Shown: positions 1 to 14,379 of the stretch, one piece after another
How the letters are laid out: the number at the start of each line of letters is the position of its first letter
Position numbering within the stretch: the first letter of the stretch is position 1
NCBI GenBank assembly: GCA_050575255.1
Contig: JBNZDD010013705.1
Coordinates: 1,924,602-1,988,601 of the forward strand
Origin: Harriotta raleighana
Lineage: Eukaryota
Length of the DNA stretch: 64,000 nucleotides
Direction of reading: 5' to 3'
Made by a program: the position numbers and the translations under genes
Notes under the pieces: model-generated
Told to the model about the DNA's origin: nothing
Database searches by the model: none
The model's input: the letters and a program-made list of their open reading frames with translations, nothing else

Positions 1-2248
1 TTCCATCCTTATATGAAATATTGATTTCCATTAATGAACATTTGTGTGAACAAATATAACAGTGCCATAGGTGTTCAATTAGTTATTTCTATTGATTGGA
101 ACAAGTTTACATAAGATTAGGACTGGACTAATTAGTTCCACTGGCAGCATACAAGGTGATCCAGATCTATTTGAGAGCTGTCAGCATCCCATCATGTCTT
201 AGATGGGATTGTGATAATTGTCATTATGCCAACAGCTAATTTCTGCCTTTAACTCTTCATGTGTTAAAAGGCCATTGCAGATTTTGAAGTATCCGGCTGT
301 GATCTAAAACATGACAACAATAAAGCAGAGGAAGCTTTGTGAAGATTTGTGTAAATTCTGAATATAACTTAATGAAGGCACCTTTCCTAATGGTTCAATT
401 AGTACACTTGCTGTCCATTGCGTAACTGAGCTATACTAAAGAACTATAGAAATTTACAGCACAGGAGTAGGCTTTTGTCTCTACACTGGCTCTTTCAAAG
501 AGAGCCACCATTTACTTTCCTTTTTTTCCTCCATAATATCCTCAGTTTATTCCTTTGCCCCTTCTCCCATGACGTTTTCTTTCATTTCTACCTCAACTTG
601 TTCACCCCTCTTCCCCCATCATTCCAGTGCCATAATAATAATAATACTCCTTGCATTTGATATAGCGCTTTTCACTTCTAGACATCTCAAAGCGCCTTAC
701 AGAATATACTAGAAGGTGAATTAACTGTATACTTGTGGGAGAAACGGGGCAGCCAATTGCACACAACATTGTCCCACAAACGGTCGTGGATTGAAATGAC
801 CAATTTTATTATTGTTTTAATAGATTAAGAGGGGAGCATCTCAGATTTGATGTCTGGTCTGTGAGTCTGTGTGGGTCTGTCTGTGTGTCAGTCTGTCTGT
901 CTGTCAAGAACGAGCTGATCTCAACCAAGAAAGAAGATATGTCAGCAAAGCTGCGGTAATATATTCTTGCTGGTTATACACATTGTTTCCAATCATTGCT
1001 TAAAACTTCTGAGGCAATGTGGTATCAATGATCTCTGGTCATGCTTCAACAGTGCTATTTTGCTTAAAACAGAAGAAACGGTAGCCAAAAGGAGTTGCAT
1101 TGAAAGAAATGGAGAGTGCTACATGTCTATAAAGATGTAATTTTGTTATTGTTGTTGTTTTACGTGTGCTGAATCATTACTCTTATAACGTTCAAACTGG
1201 ATTAGTGTATAGAATCTGTTGGATGTGCAGGATATTTTTTGTTTTGGAAAACACACAGCCCAAGTCATTGTGACATTAATAGCAGCACATTCTCCATTCA
1301 CTTGAGAATTTCAGTGATCACTTGTAAGAACAGTCACAGCTACAGCTCCACACATTAAATCACAGCCAGAGTTCTGTTCAAATAGCAGTGAAAAACTAGA
1401 TTATTCCTTTAAATTGCAGACTGGTTGGGGAGCTTGCCTGTGCATCTATATTAAACATGGTGTCAAATGAAATCATTAAGGGAAAATATACCATCAATTA
1501 GGTATTCTTCAAGTGCGGTATATTATAATATTGATAGAGATTTCTGAACCTTCCCTCACTGGCAGAGAATTGAGCACACATCCAAACTCAGTCATTCAAA
1601 CCTCCTAGGGCACTGCAGTCTGTAAGAGTGTTCATTCATGTCTGAGATTATGGTCAACATCTCACAACAGGAGAGCAACATGCCTTGAGTAGGATCACAC
1701 AAGGGTAAGAGAGAAGGTGATCAGTAGTCATCGTCCTGTGGGAAGGATTAACATTGCTGTGTCAGAGTGACAAAGTGGTGCAAGCCATGCCAGTAACTCC
1801 TGTGGTGCTTTACATCCTGTGATGCTAAGAAATCCTGGCACAGAGTCTAATCTGGAACATGTATCTCACCACGGTGTAGCAATGGGTGAAAAAAACAAAA
1901 ACTTCGGCTTTCGTTTTGACTGCTCAAACCTTGGGTGCTCCAAATCCAAAAGGAACATGAATTCTCGCCAGAAGCAGAAGGAAATGTCAACAAATCATTT
2001 GATGTAATTCTGCACGACACAAGTAGCCGGGCAACAGTGAAACCGTTACGTCTTCAATCTCTGGAGCAGATATTTCAGAGAACTAATGGATGAAGTTTAC
2101 TGCAATCACTGTAACATAAACTACATACTGTAAACTATAGCAGTGGTTCATATTGTGCAATACATATTGTAAACATAAACAAAAGCATGAATGTATAGGT
2201 TAATGCATAAAGCCCTATGGGATCACTGGCCTGCATGTTGGTCAGTCT

Positions 2249-2565
2249 TTAATAATAGTAATAATCCTTGCATTTGATATAGCGATTTTCACTCTCAAAG
2301 TCTTAAAGCATGTTACAGAATAAACTGTAAAGTGACTGACTGTGTATGTATGGGTGAAATGCGACAGCCAAATGCGCACAGCAGTGTCCCACAAACACTG
2401 AATTGAAATGACCAATTTTATTATTGTGGTTTTTTTTGGAGGGATTATTATTAGGCATGTGGAGTAAGGAAACCTGCTCAAGGTTTTGCCCTGACCTGCC
2501 TAGTTTCGAACACAGGTCTCATGCTTGTAAGGCAAGTGCTCTAACCAAAGAGCTACAGGACTCCA
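2249..2565 (-). mobile_element. tRNA-headed SINE, near full length (short subfamily)
   Basis: Head GGAGTCCTGTAGCTC..GTTAGAGCAC, core TGTGGGACACTGCTGTGCGCA, tail GCTATATCAAATGCAAGGA(TTA)n. Confidence 0.85.
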
Positions 2566-3279
2566 CTTAAGATATGCTAATATGCATAGGCTAATTAAAA
2601 AAAACAGTAAATTTGTAGCCAGACCACAAACACAGAATTGTCCACAGTAATTGAAGTAAGACTAGAATAGAATAGTCTTACTGGACAAGTTTGATTAAAA
2701 CATACAGCACCCACCCCACCACCACACACACAAAAAATCAACTCTTCTTAGGTTAACAAGATGTAAAATTCTAATTAAGTTACATTTTGTCAATCTTGGA
2801 TATTCGCAAATTGTGCTTTTTTTCTGTAAGAAGATTGAATGCCGCTATCAGCATTGAAAATGACGTGCTGAGGAAAAATGCTATTAAGTACTTACAGCAG
2901 TTCAAGAAAGTAGGTCAACATTAATTCTTTAGGGCGTCAGCTTGGCTCTCATTTAATCATCTATAACCAATGAAGTTTCCTCATCTCATAAGAACATAAA
3001 AAGTATGAAAGGAAATAAAGACTCTTGGCCCAACTGATTTAGCAATGTAGCCCGTCTTTCTCTTTACCTTGTTTATTGCCGCCTTATGCTGTTTTGATGA
3101 GGAGAGCCAATGAGTCAACTAACACCCCTAAATCTCTTTCATCTTCCCCCTTTAGCATCTTCAATTCCATCGATAGAGCACTTGGTGTTTCCTATTCTTG
3201 GATCGTATATGTAGTATTTTGCCTTTATCAGCTAACAGTTATCAGTCCGTATATGGACCTTATCAAGTTCTGTTCACAA

Positions 3280-3680
3280 GACCTCTGTAGGCTTCACTGG
3301 CTCCCCATCCCCCAGAGGATAGAGTTCAAAATACTTGTTCTCACCTCCCTACCTCTGCTAATCTCTGTCCCTTTCCTCTCCCTGGCAGAATCTGGTCTGA
3401 TTCCATGTCCCCCACATTGTCTCACCAGGTCAGTTACGCTGTCAGAATTTTTGCCTGCACCCTTTGGAAATCCATCCCAAATTCCCTTCACCTTGTCCCC
3501 TGTCTTGCCACCTTCAAGGCTTGACTCAAAACCTTCCTTTTGAACAGGGCCTTCCATCACCCTCCAATTTCCACCATTCCTACCCTTCACTCCTCCTGAT
3601 CCCTACCTCCAGCTAATCCTTGACTGCCCAGTGCTATGGGACGAAGAGCTATACAAATGTATTTTTTTGTTGTTGTTGTT
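3280..3680 (+). mobile_element. Decayed L2 LINE 3' end
   Basis: LHWLPIPQRIEFKILVLT peptide, then pyrimidine-rich UTR and (TTG)n tail. Confidence 0.8.
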
Positions 3681-4857
3681 TGTAAGAGTTTCCGCAGGAC
3701 CCTCTAACGTAATGTTGTCTGCAAATGTAATTATTTTACACTAGGTCTGTGAATCCAATGCATTGATATATAGGAAGAATAGGGGGAATCAATTATAGTG
3801 TACCAATCTTAATGCCTCTCCCTATTTTGATCCAGCTCCCCTAACAAAGACCATTTGCCTCTTTCCCTTCAGCTATTTCTAAATCCAACCTATGTTTGCC
3901 CTTGTCTTACCCGGGTGACCGTGGTTTGTGAAGGAATCTTTTGTGAGGTAGTTTCTCAAACACTTTTTTTAATCAAATCTAGATATAGTACAGTACATGG
4001 CTTTGTTAGAGATATATAAAAGTATGAAAGACTGCTCTAAAATAATAATAATAATCCTTGCACTTGATATAGCGCTTTTCATATTTTATCACATCTCAAA
4101 GCGCTTCACAGAATATGCTGTGAAGTGAATTGACTCTATATTAATGTGGGCGAAACATGGCAGCAAATTGTGCATAGTATTGTCCAACAAACAGTCGTAG
4201 GTTGCGTGAACAATTTTTAAAAAGAATTATTACCCTTGGGAAAGCAATGCGCCAATCAGCTCACAACTGGGTTTCTATTTAATTTTAGGTAAACAGAGGC
4301 GTGTGGAATAAGGAAACCGCAGTGAAAATGAGGGCCTTATGAAAGAAAATATATCTCTGAATATCTTGTGCAGGGAACAGAGCGATAGCTCTGTTTTGAG
4401 GCAGTCTGAACTCGGAGACACATTCTCATGGGACAACGTGAAGACCATAGGGGTCCTTGAATAAGGAGCTTTTCCTGGCGTGAGGTAACTTTAGATGCCC
4501 GTGTTCCTGGTTGGTGAATTTTAAACCTCATAGTTATGTTTCGATCCTTTTAAAGGATTTAAAGGAAAATAACTGGTTGAGTTTTCTGATTTACAGTAGC
4601 ATTGTGTGCTAGTTATTCTGGTGGAGCTTAATAGCACATAAATAAGTAGCAGCAAAAATATATGACTGGGTAGTAGCAGAGCTTGGTAAGTGTTAAAGGC
4701 CTGTGCAATGAAACACCATGAAAACAGTCTGACCTATTTGCAAATCTGCAATGCTGCATTGTAGTTGCAGCATTACGCAAAGGGTTTCTCTTTCATGCAC
4801 AGGCGAAGAAGGAAGGCTGCATGATTGAAGGAAGACATCAGATTTTTTTTCCTATGC

Positions 4858-5230
4858 TGATTTCCAAGCCAGACAATATGATTTTTGAAGTACTGATTCT
4901 TGTGATCAACGCCCACATAAAAAAGTGCCCACAGATATGCAAGTAAAGCTGATCGAATTGCAGTGCAATTTCACTCTGAAGAACAAACTGAAAAAGGAAA
5001 GAGTTCCCAGGTACTGTGAATATTTACCTTGTGCTCATCTAAAGCAAGAATCCAATTTTTTGACATTTCTGCCCAGGATTGGAGCAATCTATTCACGTGA
5101 CTATGTTTGCTGTCACAATAGTTAATAAATTCCAAATTCAACCATGCCTGACAGACCAGTGTCCGAATCTCATCCTGGCGATGGATTCCACACAATTTTT
5201 GCACCAGATAAATGTTCTCTGATAGAAAAC
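4858..5230 (+). pseudogene. Decayed hAT (SPIN/GTF2IRD2-like) transposase C-terminus
   Basis: PTDMQVKLIELQCNFTLKNK resembles the LQMELIELQCN motif; downstream NK..CLTDQ..NLIL resembles NK..RSRLTDEHL; stops and frameshifts present. Confidence 0.6.
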
Positions 5231-5341
5231 AACCTTAGGTTCTGCTTACAGATGTATAATAATAATCTGCGCATTTGATGTAGCGCTTTTCACATCTTCG
5301 AGACGTCTCAAAACGCTTCTCACAACATATTGTAAAGTGAA

Positions 5342-5430
5342 ACACAAAATACTACAGATGCTGGAAATCTGTAACAAAAACAGAAGATGCTGGAAAAACT
5401 GAGCAGGTTAGGCAGCATCCATGGAGAAGT
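5342..5430 (-). mobile_element. Third copy of the Penelope-type repeat
   Basis: CAGATGCTGGAAATCTG..CAGGTTAGGCAGCATCCATGGAGA. Confidence 0.6.
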
Positions 5431-7879
5431 GCAATCCTTAGCCCCTATGCAAAAATACAAAGATGGGAAGCAAGAGACTGTTTGTGGGACATTACTGTGC
5501 ACAAATTGGCTGGTGCCTCCATTTGCCTCCGAAATAGCCAGTCACTACATTCGCAATGAATCCTAAGAACAACTTTGAGATGTCTCTATGTTGTAATAAG
5601 GCACTCTATCAAATGCAAGTCTTGTTCTATGAAAAAAATTGTTTGCTGAAATAAATGGGCTTATAGAACAGTATTATGCAGCCGTATCATATAAAAACAT
5701 CTCTAAATTCTTCCAAACTTATTTTCTGTATAGGTTAGTGACTTGTAATCTAGGATAATATTGCAACAGTGACAAATTATCAATGCCATTTGTACAACAG
5801 TGGTGGCAACCCATTTTAGATTGTCCAACAAGATAATGATAGAAATAACAAAACAGCGTAGATTTATGCCATAGATCAAGTAGTATTCAGTCAAGAAACA
5901 TTTATTTTATTGGCCAACCAACCACAGCACCACTCATTGTCCCCACAGTCACACAATATTGTTATATCAATGTCCACGAAAGTCATGGACAGAAGCATTA
6001 TCACACAAAGAAGAGAGTGTACAATTTACCTTCAAAAAGAACAACAGTGCATAAGTTTTGATATTCCTTATTTCACACACTGGGTGGCAGCACTCCCATC
6101 CAGGTAAGTGATTCTTTTTCCTTTCCAGGACTTGGAAAGTTTCCGTTAAAAAAAATCTGAGGCTAGTGAGTTCTTATTTTATATAAATAAACCTCAGGCC
6201 CTTACTTTTTGCAAAATTACGCAACAATAGAATTTTTACAAAAATGGTCTGTGTAACGCAAAGAGATGTTGGAGCTCTGCAGTGCTAATCACTGTTATAT
6301 TTTGCAGAATCTTTCCTCAGAGGATTGTTTATGCAAGTTGTAGTTGTAGTTGTTGTAATTGCAACTGCTGTGTGCAATTGGCTGCTAACGTTTCACCCAC
6401 AAATATACAGTCAATTCACTTTACAGTATATTCTGTGAAGCACTTTGAGACGTCGTTAAGATGTGAAAAGCGCTATATCAAATGCAAGGATTATTATTAT
6501 TATTGTATTTTGGCAAGGTGGAGTCTATTAGAGCTGACTATAATGGTAAACGCTTTTTTGAGCTGAATATTCTTCTGTATCTGTAGATGAAATCTGAAAT
6601 GCTAAATGGCTTCATCCTGTTGATGTATGATCACCTCCTTTGAACCAAACCTAAGACATTATAATCACAGACCAGCATTAAAGGCAGCACCATGCTGAGT
6701 TGTGTGGTGTTTTCTGCACTTGGTGTTATCTGTCACACACCCTTGAGCAAAAACTCAATACTGTCTGCCCAAGTGTCTTTTACAAAATAAATAGAATCAA
6801 AAAAGGAAATTTTTTTTGCAGAAAATTGACAAGAAAAATGCTGTATTTTGTAAAATATATTAATATTTGTCTTGTATCTGATTCTACTGCATGTCAGGAA
6901 CAGATTTGTGACAGACACTCACCCAGCAGTAATAATAACAATAACAATCCTTGCATTTGATATAGAGCCTTATCACAACAGTTGTGGATTGTTTGACTAA
7001 ATTTATTTTAAAAGGGATTATAACCAGCAGTTAGTGATCCGCCAATCGACTAACTACTTTTGCTGCTAGGTGAACAGAAGTGTGTGGAGTAAGGAAACCT
7101 GCCTAGGGTTTTGACCTGTCAGGGAATCAATAAAGCTGGTCCAACCTGAAGTGTGCACTTTATCTGTCTCTGTCTATAAGTAACTGGCAAACTGTTTCTG
7201 AACATTTGATGCTGGATTCGTCACAAAACGGTGTAGCTTAAGAAACTAAGACAAATCATCCTCCAGTGCTTACAGCTCTCTGTATGAAGATTTAGACTGA
7301 GCAGTTGATCCCTGGAGCACACTGAAAAACACCCACGATCTCAAATGACATTTAGAAGACATTTCGTTTTTGATCACATGGGTGGTGATAGCCACTGATA
7401 ATTGTTACGTTGAGTGACACAAATGTTACTCCAATATTTTCAATTCTAGGGGGAAAAATTACACTTTTTTCTCTCTCTTCCCCCACTTGCTTAGGATAAA
7501 ACATTTGGGATGAGGGAGAGGATAGACATCAAACTTCACCCACACCCTGTGATGGATGCTTGACTCTTTATCATGTCACCCACACTGTTAACTCTTTAGC
7601 TTTCTATCTCATATTTCTCCCTGTTGTATTCAGGGTCAATTCAGCGGTTGCTTGCAATCAATAGATTGTAATAGGATCAATAGGATCCTGGCACATTAAG
7701 ACGCCAGCTATGCTTCAGCTAATGCTTTTTGATTTGCAAACAATGCATCCGACAGCAATTTCAAATTCACTAGCTTGGTTGATTGATCAAGCAGCTTTCT
7801 ATTAGTAACCGATATTCTCTGGAGGTTTCCTGGTTAGTAATAGTGCCTGGGATGGGGAACAATAAAAATAATATTAATA

Positions 7880-8137
7880 GTCTTCTAGTCTTCTAAAGTG
7901 CATCACAGAATATTCTGTAAAGTGAATTCACTGTATATTTGTGGGCAAAATGCGGCAGCCAATTGCACACAACAGTGTCCCACAGTCATGAAAAATAACC
8001 ACTTTTTGCGGGGATGGGAGATTATTGCTAGACTTGTGGAGTAAGGAAACTTGCCCAAGATTTCGCCCAGCCTGGAATCGATCACGGGTTTTTCGCCTGC
8101 ACAACGAGTGCTATAACCACTGAGCTACAGGACTCCA
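7880..8137 (-). mobile_element. tRNA-headed SINE
   Basis: Same head and core; tail truncated. Confidence 0.8.
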
Positions 8138-8214
8138 TGAATGAGAATACTGAAGGTTTGGTTCACTCATATATGCTACTTGCACATGTCTTCATTGTTC
8201 ACAAGATTGGTCTG

Positions 8215-9130
8215 GATGAAGAAATCCCTTTATTTAGCCCATATGATCTCATCCCTCCAGAACCACCACTCAACCATCCCCTTCATTTTATCAAGCTGCT
8301 TTTTAAATGAGTCCAGTATCCTGGCCACTACCACCTTTCCTGGCAACCTGCTCCGGTTGTTGATTCCTCACTGCGTGAAGAAACCCCTCCACGTATCTGT
8401 CAGGAAATTGTCCTTTCATATCTAACAATAATCTGTCCAAAAAAACACAATAATACGAATTGGTAATTTCAATCCACGACTGTTTGTGGGACACTACTGT
8501 GCACAGTTGGCTGCCGCGTTTCACCCACAAATATACAGTCAATTCACATTACGGTACATTCTGTGAAGCACTTTGAGATGTTGATAAGATGTGAAAAGCG
8601 CTATATCAAATACAAGGATTTTTATCATCATTATATTATAATTACAACTATATGTCCCATTGTTCTGCTATCATGAAACATCTTAAAATAATAAATTGGA
8701 TTTATATTTTCCATCCCATTAAATTTTTTATCTTGTCTGGTCTTTACTCATAGATCATTCATCTAACATCCTTGTTGTTCTCCTCTGCACTGAATCCAGG
8801 TCCTCGACTCTGTATCTAGTGCCTTCTTTTGTTGCAGTGACCAGAACTGAATGCTGTATTCAAGCTCCAGTCTGACCATTGCACTGTACAGCCTGAGAAT
8901 CAACTCAACTGATTTAGTAATGTAGCCCAGCATCCTGTTTGCCTTCTTTTTTGCTTCCTCACGTTGTTTTAACATTATGAGTGATGAGCCAACTAAGATC
9001 CCTAAATCTCTTTCAGGCCAACCCTCGGGAACTTTAATCCCATCCAATTTGTGATTTCTATTCTTGAATCCTACATGTTGTACCTTACATTTATCAGCAT
9101 TAAATTGTTATTGGCCCATGTGAATACCCT
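8215..9130 (-). mobile_element. Decayed CR1 LINE, ORF2 C-terminal/3' part, interrupted by a SINE
   Basis: ERDLGILV..KKANRMLGYI..LYSAMVRLELEYSIQFWS is the typical CR1 post-RT peptide. Confidence 0.85.
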
Positions 9131-12029
9131 ATCAAGCTTGTCATCAGTTGATCTGAAATCAATTGATTGGCAATGTAATCAATATTCCTGTTTACCTTGT
9201 TTATTGTTGCCTCATGCTGTTGAGACCCAGTGAGCGACATCAATAAACACACCAGATCTCTTTAATCTTTGTCTCTCATTGTAAGAATATTGTTGAACAT
9301 TNTGTGAATACCCTATCAAGCTTGTCATCAGTTGATCTGAAATCAATTGATTTAGCAATGTAATCAATATTCCTGTTTACCTTGTTTATTGTTGCCTCAC
9401 GCTGTTGAGACCCAGTGAGCGATATCAATAAACACACCAGATCTCTTTAATCTTTGTCTCTCATTGTAAGATTATTGTTGAACATTAAAAATTATCATCA
9501 CTCCAGCAGTACAAGAATAATACAGTAATAATAATAATTTGGTTAAATGATGATAATAATTTGGTCTAATAATAATTTGGACACTCAATCCACAACAGTT
9601 TGTGGAACACAGCTGTGCGCAATTGGCTGCCATGTTTCACCCACAAATGTACGGTCAATTCACCTGACAGTATATTCTGCGAGGCACTTTGACACATCTC
9701 AAAGATAATAAGGCAATAATAATCTCAAAGGTAATAAGGCACTATATCAAATGCAAGAATTATTATTCTTATCATCATCATCACAATGGCCACTGAGTAA
9801 CTAACCAACTGCACTCAAGATATGAGCCAGATCATGGACTGCCCTCAACTATGCGTTTACTTTTGCATTTTGGTTGCTAAAATAAACTGGTGGGGAAATG
9901 GTGCCGTAAGAAACATTTCATCCTCAAGCCAATGTAACATGTCAAAAGTGCTCTGTCTATAAATACAGGATGTTGTTACTGTTGAAATGGTGGCCAGATT
10001 TCCAAACTAAAAATCACTCACATGAATTCCTAGATCACTCTAGGTTTAAGATTCTGTACACATTTCCAGATGTCATTTCAGCTTGAATCACGATGTAAGC
10101 GCTCTGTGACACTTCCCTGCTTGAGAGATGCTATACATTGCAAGTTGTTGTTGTTGTTGTTCCATCCAAGCTTTGGGCTGTTAAAACAATATTAGAAATT
10201 GCACTTTGCTGACTTAGTCTTGAAACATGTTTTAAGAAAATTTGCAAAATTAAGCTTTTCCAACTACTGTAGCTCAGATAAAGCAAACACAATCAATGTT
10301 TGTTTACTTGAAAAAATTGTAATTCAAGTATAATTTCCCATAGACTTTTTAACATGCGCATAATTTGAATCCTTTGACGTTTGAAATGTCTCTAGCATCT
10401 TTAAAGTGGATCAGGGACATCCATAAATTCACAAAGACTATGTAAGTGGATGAAGATGCAATCAGTCTATTAAATATGCAAAAGGTAATGTTGTAAATTA
10501 CTATCTGGCACGATAATGTTTCCTCTTAAAATCAATGCAGCCTCTGTTTTTCCTGTGATATCCTTACATTCTTTTACCACTGTGAAGATTTAAAGAGGAA
10601 ATGAAACTATCTAGAAGATGGGTTAAATTCTATTTATTCCTCATCCTGTCAAAAATGCATTTATTCAACATTTCACAATGCAAATGAGTTTCTTCAGACT
10701 AAAATTTTGGATGGATTTCCTACCCTCCAACCACCTCACACATGTATGCACATACAATCATTTTATCTCAACGTGTTGATTTTCAGGCACAGTGCTTTAG
10801 CAAATCATATTAATACAGAGCTCTGTCAAACACCGGTCACAAAAAGTAGTCAGTGATCTAGCCTCTGAAGAAGCAGCATTCATATTTTATTAACTTTCCG
10901 GAAGGTAATTCTGTCAACCGTGTGAGGCTAACACTCCCATTGCTCACTATTCCCCAGGGAGGGGGAATNAATTCTGTCAACCGTGTGAGGCTAACACTCC
11001 CATTGCTCACTATTCCCCATTGTAAGTGCTAACAGCCTGGAATGTGAGGTAAAGACATGTGACTGGGGGTAGGATTGTGTTAAAGTGTAAGTTGATGCTA
11101 GCTGGACAGGCAGTGCTCCCATGTGTTTTGGGCTGGTTATGCTTCAACAATAACCCAAGCACATTCCTCAAACTTTGGCTCTCACCCACCTATGCCTAAG
11201 AATCTCTGGTAAGCAGAGATAGGGAGAGCGCAAACATTCTACATCAGAGACAGAGAAGTGTCTCTACATAGGTGGCATGGATATGTGGAACACTCAGTCT
11301 GATTTGGATACTCTCACTCAAATGCACGATGATGGGTTTCTGATGGGTTATGTGTCAGACCCTCATTTGTACAAATAAAACTCTGACATAAGAACATATA
11401 GAATGGTTTTCTAATGAATATACATACAGTACCAACAACTCAACACCTGTTGGTTTTGATCCAGTCTTAGGATGTTTTTCCTCACAACCTGAAATATTGC
11501 TTCTTCAGCTCTGGAATGGAAATAGGTTCCTAAATATATATTTTTATATATAGAGAGATATATATATTGCACAAGGCCTTCAATACCACGATAACACCAC
11601 TGATCTTACATGTTGGCACATTAGTGTAAAGTATATTAAAAGGTTGTACGAAAGGTTATATTGATAATTATTTGATACCCACTTACAACATCTCATCGTA
11701 TCCAATGCAATGAAGTGTTGCTGCAATGCAACATACAGTAAAAGGATAATTGGGCACTGAATAATTTTTACCCAGAACCGGTTTCCATGGCTTTGTCGGG
11801 ATGGTTCAAATCAGCAGTTGCACCTTCTTAACAGGGAGACAACTTTGCTGGAAAAACAAAGACCCACCTGGAACAATACTCAATGTGTTACTTTTCAATA
11901 TCAAAAGCTAACTAAGGATAAAGAATCTCTAACCATCAAAATCAAATCTGAAGCCAAATTAAGATCTATAAGTCCTCGGTGTGTGAGTAAAAATGGTTGC
12001 ATTTCTAAATACAAGTGAAATAATTGTAA

Positions 12030-12420
12030 TAATAATTCTTGTTCCGATATAGCGCCTTATCCTGTTTCTCCAAGCAATTCACAGGATTTTACCATGGAAG
12101 TGTATTTGTAGACAAATTTGTCTCAGCAATGACCCAAACATGAAGTAAATGACCATTTTTGTTGTTGGCCAGGATATCAGGATAAAAATTCCTTCTCTTT
12201 GTTGACTAGGGCAATGGATCTTAAACATCTACCCGAATAGGTAGATGGGACCTTGGTTTAACATCTCATCCAAAGGATGGTACCTCCAACAATGTAGAAC
12301 TCCCCCAGAACAGTAACTGGAGACTTAGAGCCAAGGCTCGTGAGTTCAAAGTTCCAATATGGCATTTAACGGACAATTTTCCAAATCAGAAGGAGCAATA
12401 CTACCAACTGAGCCATATGT
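12030..12420 (-). mobile_element. Older Deu-domain SINE (AmnSINE1/SacSINE1-like)
   Basis: Reverse complement contains TTGTTGGAGGTACCATCCTTTGGATGAGATGTTAAACCAAGGTCCC, resembling the Deu domain, with GCTCAGTTGGTAG head. Confidence 0.65.
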
Positions 12421-13377
12421 TGGGCATCACTGCTGGACAATTAGATTGCACATTTCACTGAGACTGCCTTTTACATAAAGTACTAAAGTATTTATTCAGA
12501 GAATTCATTTGAATCACTTTAAGCAAAGTTTAAGATCCATATTCATGATGTTGGTTTGTAATTGGCACTTTGATCTAGTAGAATTTTGCTGTGTGGAATG
12601 AATATTAATTTATAAAATCGACAAATGAACATTCAAATGAAGGAATTAATGGGAGAAAACAAATAATGAGGCAAAAAAGAACAGTATTAAAGTGAAATTA
12701 CACTTATTATTTAAAGCAACAACGACCAATATTTTAATCAGACCTAATTTGTTCCTTCTTTCTTTCCTTTCTTGCTGTAAATTTTCCCTAGGATGACATT
12801 ATTGGGAATTGATTAAACATAGATTTAATACACTTAATCGCGCACCCGATTTATTATACTGAGAATTTTTTTAACTTTCTGATCATTTAAAAATAATCAA
12901 AGCAAACTTTTGTGATTGCTACTGGGATTGCAATCTGCAATTTTTAAAAAATATGTAAAACTTGTCTTTAACAGATGGATCCATTTCTTTTGCTGTGCGT
13001 CAATCCTTTTATCTAATCCTTAATTTTGTGCTGGGTGGAATATTCATTTATGACAGACACCATGAATTATTTATTTACATTGAAGCCAATCAACAGTTAA
13101 TTTGCCAGGAAGTTACCAGGAAGGGTAGATACTGGACTCACAGGAACATAGAACAGGAATAAGAGGCTATTCAGTCCATCAAGTCTGTTTCACCACTTTA
13201 TTAAATCAAGGCATATCTTTCTAACCTTAATTAGTCCACCTTTTGGTGGAGTCCTATAGAAGTAGTTGATGTTTGATGCTGAAGACAGTGATTATTTGAT
13301 TGGCAATTGGGAGTAGGGGTGGGGTTGCTAAAAAAATATTTTATTTGATGTGTGTATTCAGCACTTTGAAACCACTA

Positions 13378-13759
13378 CAATAATATCCTTGCATTTGATA
13401 TAGCACCTTCATCATGTCTTCGAGACATCTCAAAATGCTCAACAGAATGTTCTCTAAAGTACTCTAAAGTGAACTGAGTATATATTTTGTGATCCAAATG
13501 TGACAGCCAATTGCACACAGCAGTGTGCCACAAACAGTCGAGGATTGAGCGAACAATTTATTATTATTATTTGAAGGGATTATTATTCCCAGGAAAGCTA
13601 TCAACCAATCCACTAGCAAACGAGTTCCTACGCACTACTAGGTAAACAGAGGCATGTGTAGTAAAGAAACTTGCCCAACGTTTTGCTCCACCAAGGAGTA
13701 GAAACCAGTTCCTCTCTCTTGTGAGGCAAATGCTCTAACCACTGAGCTACGGGACTCCA
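13378..13759 (-). mobile_element. tRNA-headed SINE, long subfamily
   Basis: Head, extra GCCTCTGTTTACCTAGTAGT..AGGAAC segment, core and (TTA)n tail. Confidence 0.82.
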
Positions 13760-14379
13760 CAAATGGCACTGTATCAATATAAGTTGCATTGAATTGTTCA
13801 GCTACTTCCTCAGATATCCCTTCCTTCACTTGAAGTCACTGTGATGCACCAATTTCAGTAACAAACACATCTGAATACCTCAAGGTACCATCTGCAAACT
13901 GAGTCATTTGTTTCACTGTCTGAAAGATCAAAATAGCTGCTATAGGAGTCATGCGAGCTTGTCACAAATCAGCATTTATTTTACTCACCAGAAACGGACT
14001 AAACTTTCATCGTCCGGAGAGGCACTGGGATAGACCCTGCACTCCATCAATAAGACCAAAGTTAAATATATTAAAGGCAAATTAGTCTTGCACACGCTGG
14101 CTGCAAAAGCTCTAGAATAAATCACAAACTCAATGCAAGGTTCTACTTCTTGAGGCAAAAATAATAAAGAAAAAGTATGGTGTTGAATTCTGCATGAGCT
14201 GTGAGACTTTTATGGTAATTTTCTAAAGAACACCTCTTTGACGATGGAGCACACACTTTGCTGTCAGGCACTTTCACGCTTCATTTGTTGAAAGACCAAC
14301 TAGTGACTTTCCTCCCTAGGGGATGGGGGGATGACGACAAATGAATTTGTGATCAACATTGGATGGAGAAAATGCAATT

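Noticed and set aside
5910-6110. Plus-strand exon ending in a strong CAG|GTAAGT donor (similar donor at ~29685)
   Set aside because: No convincing acceptor, partner exons or recognisable peptide.
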